This document shows positions 51,685 through 60,942 of a stretch of 64,000 bases of DNA, piece after piece. A program made the position numbers and the translations under genes. Source of the DNA: Candidatus Zixiibacteriota bacterium (GTDB lineage: Bacteria > Zixibacteria > MSB-5A5 > GN15 > JACZUZ01); assembly GCA_024280775.1 (NCBI GenBank), contig JAJRPM010000015.1:4599-68598 (forward strand). Direction: 5' to 3'. The notes beneath the pieces are model-generated. The model was not told the DNA's origin and did no database searches. It was given only the letters and a program-made list of their open reading frames with translations. Numbering within the stretch: position 1 is the stretch's first letter; every line of letters starts with the position of its first letter.

Positions 51685-52419
51685 CTACAGCTGAGTTCTA
51701 CCCACATCATTGATGAGCCTTCCAAGCGACTCATCCTGAGTCTGAAGAGCTTTCGAGTCTGCTTCATAGTTTCTATAGCTCGAAATCATCTCCACCATTT
51801 GCATTACTACATCTACATTTGAGGATTCTATGTATCCTTGACGCACTGCGAAATCCAGCGCCGCGGTTAATTCGACTCCTTCGGGGGCCTTGTATTTGCC
51901 CGGACGGACTTTCTCAAGCGTTGTAGGATCATCGACTATTACCACTGACAAACGACTTATCTCTTCGCCATCAACTGACACTATTCCATCGTCTGAGATA
52001 CTCACTTCACCTTGCGGCAACTGAATCGGCCCGCTATCACTTTGAACCATCTCTCCGTCGGTCGTTACGAGAAACCCTAATCCATCACGAGTGAAGACAC
52101 CATCGCGAGTCAAAGCGTTTTCTCCTGCGGCGTCCTGAGTTACGAAGAAACCGGGACCGTCAATGGCGATATCCATCGGATTGCCAGTTTGGTCGAGCGA
52201 ACCCTGTCCGTAGTCTGTGTAAACTTGATCCAGCATCGGTCTTTCCCAATCAGACTTACGTGGCAGGTTGTTGATCTGCGCCCTTCCTAATTCTGACATG
52301 AAGACTGAGTCTTTCTTAAAACCCGGTGTGGAAGCATTCGCTATGTTGTTGGCGATTACTTCCTGTTGCCTGATGCGCGGTATCATCGCTGATGCGCTAT
52401 TGTATATTCCTTTTATCAT
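51685..52419 (-). CDS. flgF: Flagellar basal-body rod protein
   Basis: MIKGIY, ANNIANASTPGFKKD, TRDG, ESSNVD; GGAGG RBS. Confidence 0.9.
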   Translation of the reverse strand: MIKGIYNSASAMIPRIRQQEVIANNIANASTPGFKKDSVFMSELGRAQINNLPRKSDWERPMLDQVYTDYGQGSLDQTGNPMDIAIDGPGFFVTQDAAGENALTRDGVFTRDGLGFLVTTDGEMVQSDSGPIQLPQGEVSISDDGIVSVDGEEISRLSVVIVDDPTTLEKVRPGKYKAPEGVELTAALDFAVRQGYIESSNVDVVMQMVEMISSYRNYEADSKALQTQDESLGRLINDVGRTQL

Positions 52420-52445
52420 ATAGACATTCCTCCGGCGAGTTGTAA

Positions 52446-52462
52446 TGCAAGGAGGGCGCCGA
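52446..52462 (-). promoter_or_regulatory. sigma54 -24/-12 promoter of flgFGAHIJ
   Basis: Minus strand CGGCGC-CCTCC-TTGCA (GG-N10-GC). Confidence 0.75.
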
Positions 52463-52639
52463 CATTGCGTAATTGTAGCTATGGCGTTGTGTAAGTGGCG
52501 GTTACACGAATCCAAAAAGAGGCGTTCAGACTAGATATCTCCGGGAGACGGAAATATTTTCGGTTGAGTCAGGAAAACTCTACCAAGGGGTGGATTGGAT
52601 GTATTGATTGGGTGAATTGCTTGTAGTTGTAAGACGGGA

Positions 52640-52867
52640 CTACTTCAGAGCCAGGTTTTGGTCTTCGGCTCGCACTTTGTCGATCAGAGAATTCATCGCG
52701 CGATCAAAATCCTCGTCCGATAGCATCTCTCGGTTTGAACGCAGATACAAAGCGCAGTCAGCTTTGAATCCGTAGCAGTTTAGCGCATCAGCTAAATAGC
52801 AACAGCGAATATAGGCGCAACGTTCATGACGTTTAGCAATGGTTGGATTGGCTCGGACCTGTTCCAT
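52640..52867 (-). CDS. Small Cys-rich hypothetical protein (75 aa), probably sigma28-driven
   Basis: MEQVRAN...CAYIRCCYLADALNCYGFKADC...; ATG lies 8 nt after a GCCGATAA box. Confidence 0.65.
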   Translation of the reverse strand: MEQVRANPTIAKRHERCAYIRCCYLADALNCYGFKADCALYLRSNREMLSDEDFDRAMNSLIDKVRAEDQNLALK

Positions 52868-52875
52868 ACTTAGAA

Positions 52876-52902
52876 TTATCGGCCTCTTCTCTACATTGTT
52901 GA
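52876..52902 (-). promoter_or_regulatory. sigma28 promoter of the small Cys-rich gene
   Basis: Minus strand TCAA-N15-GCCGATAA (perfect -10). Confidence 0.75.
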
Positions 52903-53326
52903 GGTTTTGTTGATCTTCAAGTTTGGAGATGTGCTGGGCTATCTGAATACGCATGGATTTGCAGAGTAAAATCTGTGGATTCGCAGACTGCTCCAGCAAT
53001 GAGATATTTTAGCCATTTTTCTCCCAGAATCTCATGGGCTAATAGGTTATGAGACTTGCACTTAGCGAGCCTGTTGAAAAATGTGCCGCGATATGGCGTG
53101 AAATCCTTCGAAATAGCGCTATCTTTGCTCTGAGGGTCTCCGAAGTCCATCGCGTGGCTGCCTGAATTGTCGCGGTAATTGCCAATATTTTTTCTGATTG
53201 CCGTTAGAATCAATGCCGCCACGCCAAAATACAATGCTTCAATTTTGCTGGAGAGATGTATTCCGTTGATACAGACGGAATCAGAACGAATGGGAGATCG
53301 CAAGTGTTGAGCAACGAGGAATCTTT

Positions 53327-54745
53327 ATGGTAGGACCGACATCAAACTACAATATTGGCCCAAAGGCCGCGCGCTCTGAGGCTCATGAGGCTTCGCCGCA
53401 TAAGACAATAGCGTTTGTCTTTGCGTTGTTGAGCTTCGCACTAGCATTGGTCAGCTTCCCTATTGACGCCAGCGGGTCTGTTCTGGGTGGAAACGTTTCA
53501 GACCCGGGGATTCCTGATACAGTCAGAATTGACTCAGTGGATGGCCTTCGCGGTGGAGCTGTTGTCGTTCCGGTGAATTTCTTCGCAGACGAAACTCTCG
53601 GAGGACTCACTCTCGTTTTGCGCTTTGATCCGGTAGCGCTGATTCTTGACTCTGTATCGTTGGCGGGGACGCTTGCCGAACCATTTTCGATTAGAATCTT
53701 CAACATTGATTCAACGACCGGTATTCTTGATGGAGCCGCTCTAAGTTTTGACAGCGCCAATGTAATACGACCCGGCTCTGGGGTTTTGGCAAATCTGCAT
53801 TTTACTGTGTCAGATTCAGCGGCGGCAGGGGTCTACCTCATTGACACTACTACAGTAGACCCACCGGGGCCTGCTTTTTTGCAGACATCTTTCAGCACAG
53901 TTCAAACTGATTCTATTAACGGCAATGAGACAGTGCTGCCGACTTTTGTAGCCGGCTCTATTACAGTTGCAGACCGCGCCGCGACTTTCGATTCGGTTTG
54001 GGTAGACACAGTCACTGGCGCTCAGGGCGAGACAGTCACTGTGGATGTGTTTCTACACAACGAGTTGCCACTGACTATAATTAAGATTCCTCTGAGATAC
54101 AGTTCGCCCAAGCTTCTTTTTGACACGGTTCTTTTTGCAGGCACACGCGGGATTCTTGCCGGGCAATCACGTCAAAGCCAGGTCAATACTGATTCGCAGG
54201 AGGTGCTCATCACACTAGAGTACCTGGATAGCTCCCCATTGACACCGGGTGACGGCCCGATAGCGCGTCTGAGGTTCACAATTGACAATACTGCCCCTAA
54301 TGACACTTTCTCGATTGACAGCGCCGCTTACCTGGGAATTGTGCCACTCGAGCTAACAACAACCATCGCTGACGGATCTTTTCGATTTACACCATTTTTC
54401 CATCCAGGAGCGATCATCGTTGACTTTAGAACTGATGTGGATGACGGCGAGAACCCCAATCTTCCGACTGAATTCAGACTTAGGCAGAATTTTCCGAATC
54501 CTTTCAATCCGACTACTAAGATAGGATTCTCATTGCCGCGAGGCTCAGAGGTGTCACTCGAAGTATATAACTTGTTGGGGCAAAAGGTTCGTACTTTGGT
54601 AAACGGGTATCGCCAAGCTGGGGACTATACAGTGGAATTTGATGGCTTGAGTGACAGAGGCTCAACCGTCGCATCAGGTATGTATTTCTATCGAATCAAA
54701 ACCGCCGCTAGAACCGAAACGCGCAAGATGACACTGTTGAAATAA
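53327..54745 (+). CDS. Secreted protein with two cohesin-like domains and a FlgD-Ig/T9SS-type C-terminal domain
   Basis: Signal peptide; repeated D.V.(I/V)D.V.G..G..V.V.V modules with PG.G..A.L.FT; tail FRLRQNFPNPFNPTT..YNLLGQKV..SGMYFYRI..KMTLLK. Confidence 0.85.
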   Translation: MVGPTSNYNIGPKAARSEAHEASPHKTIAFVFALLSFALALVSFPIDASGSVLGGNVSDPGIPDTVRIDSVDGLRGGAVVVPVNFFADETLGGLTLVLRFDPVALILDSVSLAGTLAEPFSIRIFNIDSTTGILDGAALSFDSANVIRPGSGVLANLHFTVSDSAAAGVYLIDTTTVDPPGPAFLQTSFSTVQTDSINGNETVLPTFVAGSITVADRAATFDSVWVDTVTGAQGETVTVDVFLHNELPLTIIKIPLRYSSPKLLFDTVLFAGTRGILAGQSRQSQVNTDSQEVLITLEYLDSSPLTPGDGPIARLRFTIDNTAPNDTFSIDSAAYLGIVPLELTTTIADGSFRFTPFFHPGAIIVDFRTDVDDGENPNLPTEFRLRQNFPNPFNPTTKIGFSLPRGSEVSLEVYNLLGQKVRTLVNGYRQAGDYTVEFDGLSDRGSTVASGMYFYRIKTAARTETRKMTLLK

Positions 54746-54806
54746 ATGTATGGCCGTGAAGATATTGAAACAGGGAATGCGAGAGTTGCATTTTCTGAAT
54801 GGCAAA

Positions 54807-55271
54807 CTAAAACGAATCAGGTAGGTTCGTTCTGCGCATGAACTGAACAGCTCCAAGCTCATCAAGCTCCTTCTGCTCCACTTTTTCCATCTCCTGCAAA
54901 TGCCTCAACTGAAGTTTTTCTTTGAATTGCTCCAAGGTTTTCTTCTCTCTTGATGACTCAACCAGCTCCAATCGTTTGACCTCCGCCTTTTGTTGCAAAG
55001 AGCGTTTGATTTGAGTGGTCATCATCTTTTGCCCTCGCAGATGATGGAAATAACGAGAATAAGTTCTTAGCTTTTCAACGTCGACTCCCTCGCCTATCAG
55101 ATGCTCCTGTGCGGCGTCGCAATGATGTAACCGCTCTGCTTCAAGTGAATCCAGGGCTTGCGCACGGTCACTGACGCGCCGTAACGCTGTTCCATATTCA
55201 CCGCGCTTTAGAGACTCCATTCTCTCTTTTAATCCCAATAGTTTTTCAAGACGAAACGAGAACTTCTTCAT
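54807..55271 (-). CDS. fliJ: Flagellar export protein
   Basis: MKKFSFRLEKLL, EQKELDE; follows fliI. Confidence 0.88.
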   Translation of the reverse strand: MKKFSFRLEKLLGLKERMESLKRGEYGTALRRVSDRAQALDSLEAERLHHCDAAQEHLIGEGVDVEKLRTYSRYFHHLRGQKMMTTQIKRSLQQKAEVKRLELVESSREKKTLEQFKEKLQLRHLQEMEKVEQKELDELGAVQFMRRTNLPDSF

Positions 55272-56673
55272 TGTTCTTACGACTCATTTCTGAGGATTTG
55301 GGGCTGGTGGTGGTCATTTTGGGATTTGCAGTATTGGCTTTGTTTTCCTGAGTCACATGAGAGTCCTCGATGATTTCCTTGAGCTCATGGATGACTTCTT
55401 CGTATGTTCCCCGCTCTTCGATACCCTGTTTGAAAAAAGTGTTAAGCTTGTCTATGGCGCTAATTGCGCGGTCAATTTTCGGAGACGAACCGGCAGTGTA
55501 TGCTCCAACGTTTATCAGGTCTTCAGCCTCACTGTATACAGCATAGATTTCTCTCACCGCTCCAGCTAGTTCCCGCAACTCAGAGTCAGCCACTCGCGTC
55601 ATGAGCCTACTTATCGATTGTAATATATCGACGGCGGGATATTGATTGCGCGCGGCCAATCTCCGGGAAAGCGTAATGTGTCCGTCAAGGATTGAGCGAG
55701 ACAGATCAGAAATCGGCTCGTTCATATCGTCGCCCTCAACCAGAACAGTGTAGAACCCGGTGATAGAACCTTTCTCGGTTGTTCCAGCTCTTTCCAGCAG
55801 GCGCGGCAGTAGTGTGTAGACTGACGGAGTGTAACCTTTGGTTGCCGGGGGTTCGCCGATAGCTAAACCGATTTCACGCTGGGCCATTGCGACACGTGTC
55901 AATGAATCCATCATCAGCAACACGTTCTTCCCCTGATCACGAAAATGCTCGGCGATTGTGGTGGCAACCATGGCTCCCTTCAGGCGCAACAATGGAGCCT
56001 GGTCGGAAGTGACAGCAACTACAACAGAGCGCCTAAGGCCACTCTCCCCTAGCGCATCGAGTATGAACTCCTGCACCTCACGCCCACGTTCGCCAATCAG
56101 GGCTATCACGTTTATATCAGCGGTTGAATTGCGGGCCATCATTCCCAGCGTCACTGATTTACCCACACCTGAACCGGCAAATATGCCGATGCGCTGTCCT
56201 TCACCACAAGTGCAAGTCATGTCGATGCTTTTGATGCCGGTATAAAGCGCTTTTTGAATCGGAGGTCTTGAAAGTGGCTGTGGGGCAATAGCGTTTACAC
56301 CGCGCATATGAAGAGCCATCAATGGGCCTTTGCCATCGATTGGCTTTCCGAGTCCATCGACAACTCGCCCAATTAGCTCATCGCCAACGGGTATGCGAAG
56401 TTGATCACCAGTAGAAATTACAATTGCGCCCGATGTTATGCCTCTTAGATCTCCCAAGGGCATGAGCAAGAGACGGCTTTCCTTGAAACCGACAACCTCA
56501 GCTTCTATGCGATCTCCGCTATCTGGACTTTCAATGTGGCAAAGGTCGCCAATGGAAACCACGGGGCCTTCGGACTCAACGGTGAGACCAATCACGCGAC
56601 TTACTCGCCCTGTCTGAAGGATTGTACGCGCCTGATCAATGCTGGCGCATACATTGTTGTAGTCAATTGCCAT
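55246..56673 (-). CDS. fliI: Flagellar export ATPase
   Basis: FAGSGVGKS, LIGERGREV, MDSLTR, GEPP..KGY, LDGHI. Confidence 0.97.
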   Translation of the reverse strand: MAIDYNNVCASIDQARTILQTGRVSRVIGLTVESEGPVVSIGDLCHIESPDSGDRIEAEVVGFKESRLLLMPLGDLRGITSGAIVISTGDQLRIPVGDELIGRVVDGLGKPIDGKGPLMALHMRGVNAIAPQPLSRPPIQKALYTGIKSIDMTCTCGEGQRIGIFAGSGVGKSVTLGMMARNSTADINVIALIGERGREVQEFILDALGESGLRRSVVVAVTSDQAPLLRLKGAMVATTIAEHFRDQGKNVLLMMDSLTRVAMAQREIGLAIGEPPATKGYTPSVYTLLPRLLERAGTTEKGSITGFYTVLVEGDDMNEPISDLSRSILDGHITLSRRLAARNQYPAVDILQSISRLMTRVADSELRELAGAVREIYAVYSEAEDLINVGAYTAGSSPKIDRAISAIDKLNTFFKQGIEERGTYEEVIHELKEIIEDSHVTQENKANTANPKMTTTSPKSSEMSRKNNEEVLVSS

Positions 56674-56712
56674 TTGTTAGAGACTCTCTAGTCTGATTAT
56701 TGCGCTTGCTAT

Positions 56713-57420
56713 CTAGGTTTCTTCAACTGCCAGGGTTTCCGCTATGACATCCAGTTGCGATTCAAGTCTGGCGTCAATATCACCTGAGGGTGTGTGAATG
56801 AAACATCCGCCATAGTTTATGCGCGCGTCCGGCTCAATTGATAGTTTCCTTATTTCAGTGGAAAGCGCTCTGAATTCTTCAATACGGCTCTTGAGTTCTT
56901 CATGATGTTCAGGATTCACTTTGACGTGAATTTCACGACGATCTGCGAGTTGCTCTATTGAACCTTTGATTATCGCCACTGTGACTTCAGTATCTATCTT
57001 AGCCGAATCACAAGTGACCTTGCGGGCGATTTTCAAAATCACATTGAGCGCATTCGATTCTGCGTCACGTAGAATCGACTCTCGTTGGTCAATTGCCGCG
57101 GTAACAGCGCCACTAAAAGAGTCAAACACTTTCTTTGCTTCGGCTTGCCCCTCTTGAAGCCCGGCCGCTTTGCCGGATTCAAAGCCGCTTTGGCGAGCCT
57201 GTTTTTCTCGTTCCAAGCAGACATTCACGATCTTTTCAATTTCTCGAAGTGGAACAAATCGGACTCCATCCAACGCCGTTTCGCAATGTGCATCAGGGAA
57301 ATATTCCTCGAGCAACTTTCCTCCCCGAAGAGCCTTATCAATATCCTCGCGTCCTTCACCGATACGGCGGGAGCAATTCATAAGTGTCGTGCGAATCACT
57401 TTCACAGTTGCCTTAGACAA
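56713..57420 (-). CDS. fliH: Flagellar assembly protein
   Basis: GxxxG repeats (SGFESGKAAGLQEG), VNP, GGC.I.T.SG.IDA. Confidence 0.9.
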   Translation of the reverse strand: MSKATVKVIRTTLMNCSRRIGEGREDIDKALRGGKLLEEYFPDAHCETALDGVRFVPLREIEKIVNVCLEREKQARQSGFESGKAAGLQEGQAEAKKVFDSFSGAVTAAIDQRESILRDAESNALNVILKIARKVTCDSAKIDTEVTVAIIKGSIEQLADRREIHVKVNPEHHEELKSRIEEFRALSTEIRKLSIEPDARINYGGCFIHTPSGDIDARLESQLDVIAETLAVEET

Positions 57421-58438
57421 TTACATCATCCTTGCCGCCGCCGCGGCCGCTAATTACGATTTGTCCTTCTTCTTCTAGTCTTCTCACCGACTCAACAACA
57501 CGTTGCTGTGCGGCCTCGACATCTGATAGTCTCATCGGCCCCATGAACTCCATTTCCTCACGAATCATTACCGCCACACGCTCGGACACATTCGAGAATA
57601 TCTTGGTCTTGACTTCGTCAGTTGCGGCTTTCAGGGCGATTGACAGATCCTTAGTTTCGACTTCCTTCAGCACACGCTGGATAGAACGATCATCAAGGAG
57701 AATCAAGTCGTCGAAGACAAACATCATATTCTTGATTTCGCCGGCAAGGTCAGCGTCCTCAACTTCGATTGACTGAATGATATGCTTTTCTGCACTGGTA
57801 TCCATTAGGTTAAGAATCTCTGCTATTGACTTGGCGCCACCTGATACATCAAGCGAGCCTCCCAATCCTGAGGAGAAGTGATTCTGCAAAGTTAGTTCAA
57901 TCTCACGGAGCACATCCGGTGAGATTTTCTCCATGGTCGCAATTCGGTATGACACTTCCGACTGCACTTCCGGGTTCAGCTCTGTCAGCACCGAAGACGC
58001 CTGCTCTGGTCTCAGTTGGGTCAGAATCAGGGCTATAGTTTGCGGGTGCTCCATTTGGATATATCCCGCGAGTTGTTTGGGATCAATAGTCTGCAACAGA
58101 TTAAATCCTGTTGTGCGCAGTGAACCTTCGACACGAGCCATAATTTCTCTGGCGCGTGTACCGCCCACAACTTTTTGCAGGACATCCATGGCAAAGTCTA
58201 CACCACCTTGTGACACGTATTTCCGGGCCATGAAGATGTTGTAGCAATCCTCAATTACAAGACTCTCAACATCCGGCGGGACATCGCGCAGATTCGCAAT
58301 TTCTATTGTCAGAGCCTCAAGTTCCTGCTCCTTCATGCCTTTGAGCACCTCTGCAGAAACTTCAGGGCCGAAGGCTACTAGCGCAATCGCCGCCTTTTGG
58401 GTTGAGTTCAGATCTTCAAATTTTATACTGTCTTCCAT
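57413..58438 (-). CDS. fliG: Flagellar motor switch protein
   Basis: QKAAI, GG, EHPQTIA, MFVFDD, VEAAQ. Confidence 0.97.
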   Translation of the reverse strand: MEDSIKFEDLNSTQKAAIALVAFGPEVSAEVLKGMKEQELEALTIEIANLRDVPPDVESLVIEDCYNIFMARKYVSQGGVDFAMDVLQKVVGGTRAREIMARVEGSLRTTGFNLLQTIDPKQLAGYIQMEHPQTIALILTQLRPEQASSVLTELNPEVQSEVSYRIATMEKISPDVLREIELTLQNHFSSGLGGSLDVSGGAKSIAEILNLMDTSAEKHIIQSIEVEDADLAGEIKNMMFVFDDLILLDDRSIQRVLKEVETKDLSIALKAATDEVKTKIFSNVSERVAVMIREEMEFMGPMRLSDVEAAQQRVVESVRRLEEEGQIVISGRGGGKDDVIV

Positions 58439-58453
58439 AGTTCTGACTCACAC

Positions 58454-60010
58454 TTATTCGGAACTGCCTACCATCATCGTCTTTATGACCTTTGCCAATT
58501 CTTCGGGTTTCTCCTTGGCGGTCTCTTGCATCTGATCTATCAGCTTCGGAGTTCGTCGCTCCATTTCGTATGAGACAGGTTCATCGACAATTGGTCCGAC
58601 ACGTTCCGGCTCGACTTTCGGAGGCGGAGGCGGAGCTATCTTACTCAGCGCCTTGAACAGTTTTGTGGCTTTCTTGCGGAAGTACATCACAAATACGGCA
58701 ATCAATATCCAGCCGCCGAATCTTTTGACCAAATTGACATACATGTAGAGGTCGTTGCTCTTATCAAGCTCATCTTGAATGCGGTTAAAGGCGCTGTTGT
58801 CGAACGGAATATTATAGACTTCTATTTGGTCATTGCGGTCAGAATCAAACCCGATGGTTGACTTTACGATATTGGATAACCTATCTATTTCTTCCTGAGG
58901 TCTAGGCGTATAGCTCTCGGTGATAACTCCGTCGCCGTCCTCTATTTGTTCGGTAGTTCCATCCAACATCACCGCCACCGAGAGTCTCTTTATTACTCCC
59001 ACGTGATTTACGATGTGTTCTATTGTTTTTGGAATCTCGTAGTTAGTTATAGTAGTTTCGACCTTGGAATCGTCTGAACTTTCATCGCTTTTGTCCCCTG
59101 ATTGGTCTTTGGAGTTAGCAGACTGTTCACTACGCTCTTCGCTACGAACTACTGCGCCATTTGCGTCATAAATTTCGTTGGTGCGTTCCGCCTGAGTGAA
59201 ATCCAATTCCGCAGACACCCGCACCACTGCTTTCCCCAAGCCAATAACATCGTTTAGCATACTTTGGGCTTTGTTCTCAAGGTAGCTTTCAACGTCTTTG
59301 CGAACTTGCAATTGCGTTGAAGAAAGTCCGGCCATCGTGTCATTCCCAGAAGGATTAGAAAGCAGATTTCCGTTGTAATCAATTATTGAGATGTTTTCTG
59401 TGCGAAGCCCCTCCACTGACGAGGCGACTAGGTGGTTGATTCCGGATAATTGTCTTCGGGTCAGCCCCCCGGATGAGAGCTTTAGTAGAATCGACGCTGT
59501 TGTTTCTTTTTTGTCGCGCCCGAAGAGGCGCTCTTTGGGCATTACAATATGCACTCGCGCGGACTTGACAGCGCTTATCTCCATGATAGTCTTGGTCAAC
59601 TCACCTTCAAGCGCCCTGCGAAAGTTCACTTTCTGCAGGAAGTCGGTCATGCCAAAATTGGTTTTGTCGAAAATCGAGTAGCCAACGCTTCCGCCTGTCG
59701 GCACACCCTGTGACGCCATTTCCATCCGCAACATGTGCACTTTATCGTCCGGAACAAGAATCGATCGTCCGCCATCAGAGACCTGGTAAGGAATCTTATT
59801 GGCGTCAAGATATGAAAGCGCTTCGCCGGCTGAGGCGTCGTCTAGATTTCTGTAGAGAGTTGAGTAGTTTACTGATGTCACAAAGACAAATAGCGCGGCG
59901 ACTCCGGCAATGACACCGGCTCCAACACCCAAGAGCATCAGCGCTTGACTGGCTGACATTTGTTTTATGAAAACTAGTAATGATGAAGAAATGCGTTTGA
60001 GTTCGTCCAT
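58454..60010 (-). CDS. fliF: Flagellar MS-ring protein
   Basis: FGMTDF, RALEGEL, ARVHI, LVASSV.GL, RLSVAV, two TM segments. Confidence 0.96.
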   Translation of the reverse strand: MDELKRISSSLLVFIKQMSASQALMLLGVGAGVIAGVAALFVFVTSVNYSTLYRNLDDASAGEALSYLDANKIPYQVSDGGRSILVPDDKVHMLRMEMASQGVPTGGSVGYSIFDKTNFGMTDFLQKVNFRRALEGELTKTIMEISAVKSARVHIVMPKERLFGRDKKETTASILLKLSSGGLTRRQLSGINHLVASSVEGLRTENISIIDYNGNLLSNPSGNDTMAGLSSTQLQVRKDVESYLENKAQSMLNDVIGLGKAVVRVSAELDFTQAERTNEIYDANGAVVRSEERSEQSANSKDQSGDKSDESSDDSKVETTITNYEIPKTIEHIVNHVGVIKRLSVAVMLDGTTEQIEDGDGVITESYTPRPQEEIDRLSNIVKSTIGFDSDRNDQIEVYNIPFDNSAFNRIQDELDKSNDLYMYVNLVKRFGGWILIAVFVMYFRKKATKLFKALSKIAPPPPPKVEPERVGPIVDEPVSYEMERRTPKLIDQMQETAKEKPEELAKVIKTMMVGSSE

Positions 60011-60159
60011 GCTACTTCCTGTAATCAGACGTTAATTGCTATCGTGGCTCTGTTTCTATTTCTCCGTCGCGACGCATGTGCTTTCAATTCATCCGATGAT
60101 TTGAAACCCTGCGTTCCTGTGCGCGAAGACCTTTATGAAGACATCTACAATGATGATTT

Positions 60160-60492
60160 CTATAGTGGCATTCTTATTAGATTCTTATAGGCATCTAGTA
60201 GTTTGTTGCGTATTTCCAATAACAGATCGAAGGCGATACCTGACTCTTCACCGGCTATCATGACCTCATGTAGATCAATATCTTCTCCATTGAGAAAAGC
60301 ATTCCCGGCGTCCTCGGCGACATTGCCTAGCTCGTCGACAGACTCTACAAACTTATTGAGAAACGACGTGAAATCCTCTTTTTGAGTTCCTGGGATTTCC
60401 GCAGTCAGTTGCTCAAGAGGAGGACGTTGAATCGACTGTGTCGACTCAAGCCCCGGCAGAAGTTTCATGCCTGTTATTGGAATTCCACTCAT
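60160..60492 (-). CDS. fliE: Hook-basal body complex protein
   Basis: DLHEVMIA, EIRNKLLDAY..L.RM. Confidence 0.93.
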   Translation of the reverse strand: MSGIPITGMKLLPGLESTQSIQRPPLEQLTAEIPGTQKEDFTSFLNKFVESVDELGNVAEDAGNAFLNGEDIDLHEVMIAGEESGIAFDLLLEIRNKLLDAYKNLIRMPL

Positions 60493-60875
60493 ACTCTAAA
60501 GTCCACACTACCACCCAAACGCGGGGTATTGTTTTGTTGGCCCTTGGCGCTATAACTGACATCAGAGCGCTCATTCTGTGTATACTTGGCAAAAAGCAAG
60601 TCGATTGCTTCGCGCTCCTCGGCGCTTAGTAGCTGAGTGAAGTCACTTTGAGCTTTGACCGCTAACGAAGAGCTGGTCTCCGAGCCACGTTTCGCAATAG
60701 TTACCGAATTGCTTTGCTCAGATTTTGCAGATCTTTTAACATCTGCATTATCTTGTGTGGCGCTTTTTTGAGCTTCCAGAGCGAATTGCTCCTGAGCGCG
60801 TTGCGCCGCATCGGGTGTTTTGCGAGTTACGTCGGTTTTGCCGTATGCTGAAATACCTAGGGGGTTGATGTTCAT
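60489..60875 (-). CDS. Hypothetical flagellar-operon protein (128 aa)
   Basis: Co-oriented between flgC and fliE with ATGA overlap; ends in LGGSVDFRV. Confidence 0.75.
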   Translation of the reverse strand: MNINPLGISAYGKTDVTRKTPDAAQRAQEQFALEAQKSATQDNADVKRSAKSEQSNSVTIAKRGSETSSSLAVKAQSDFTQLLSAEEREAIDLLFAKYTQNERSDVSYSAKGQQNNTPRLGGSVDFRV

Positions 60876-60942
60876 GTCTCTTATCCTATTCTTGCCTTGA
60901 GCCTATTTTCTTGCAATTATCTAATAGAGTTTCCATAGAACG

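Noticed and set aside
53066-53082. GAGCCTGTTGAAAA resembling an IS or REP terminus
   Set aside because: Single occurrence with no matching inverted end and no transposase.
52917-53303. 128-aa minus-strand ORF and the longer 119-aa version of the Cys-rich ORF
   Set aside because: They lie in a divergent promoter region with TTG starts and no motifs; the internal sigma28 promoter favours the 52867 start.
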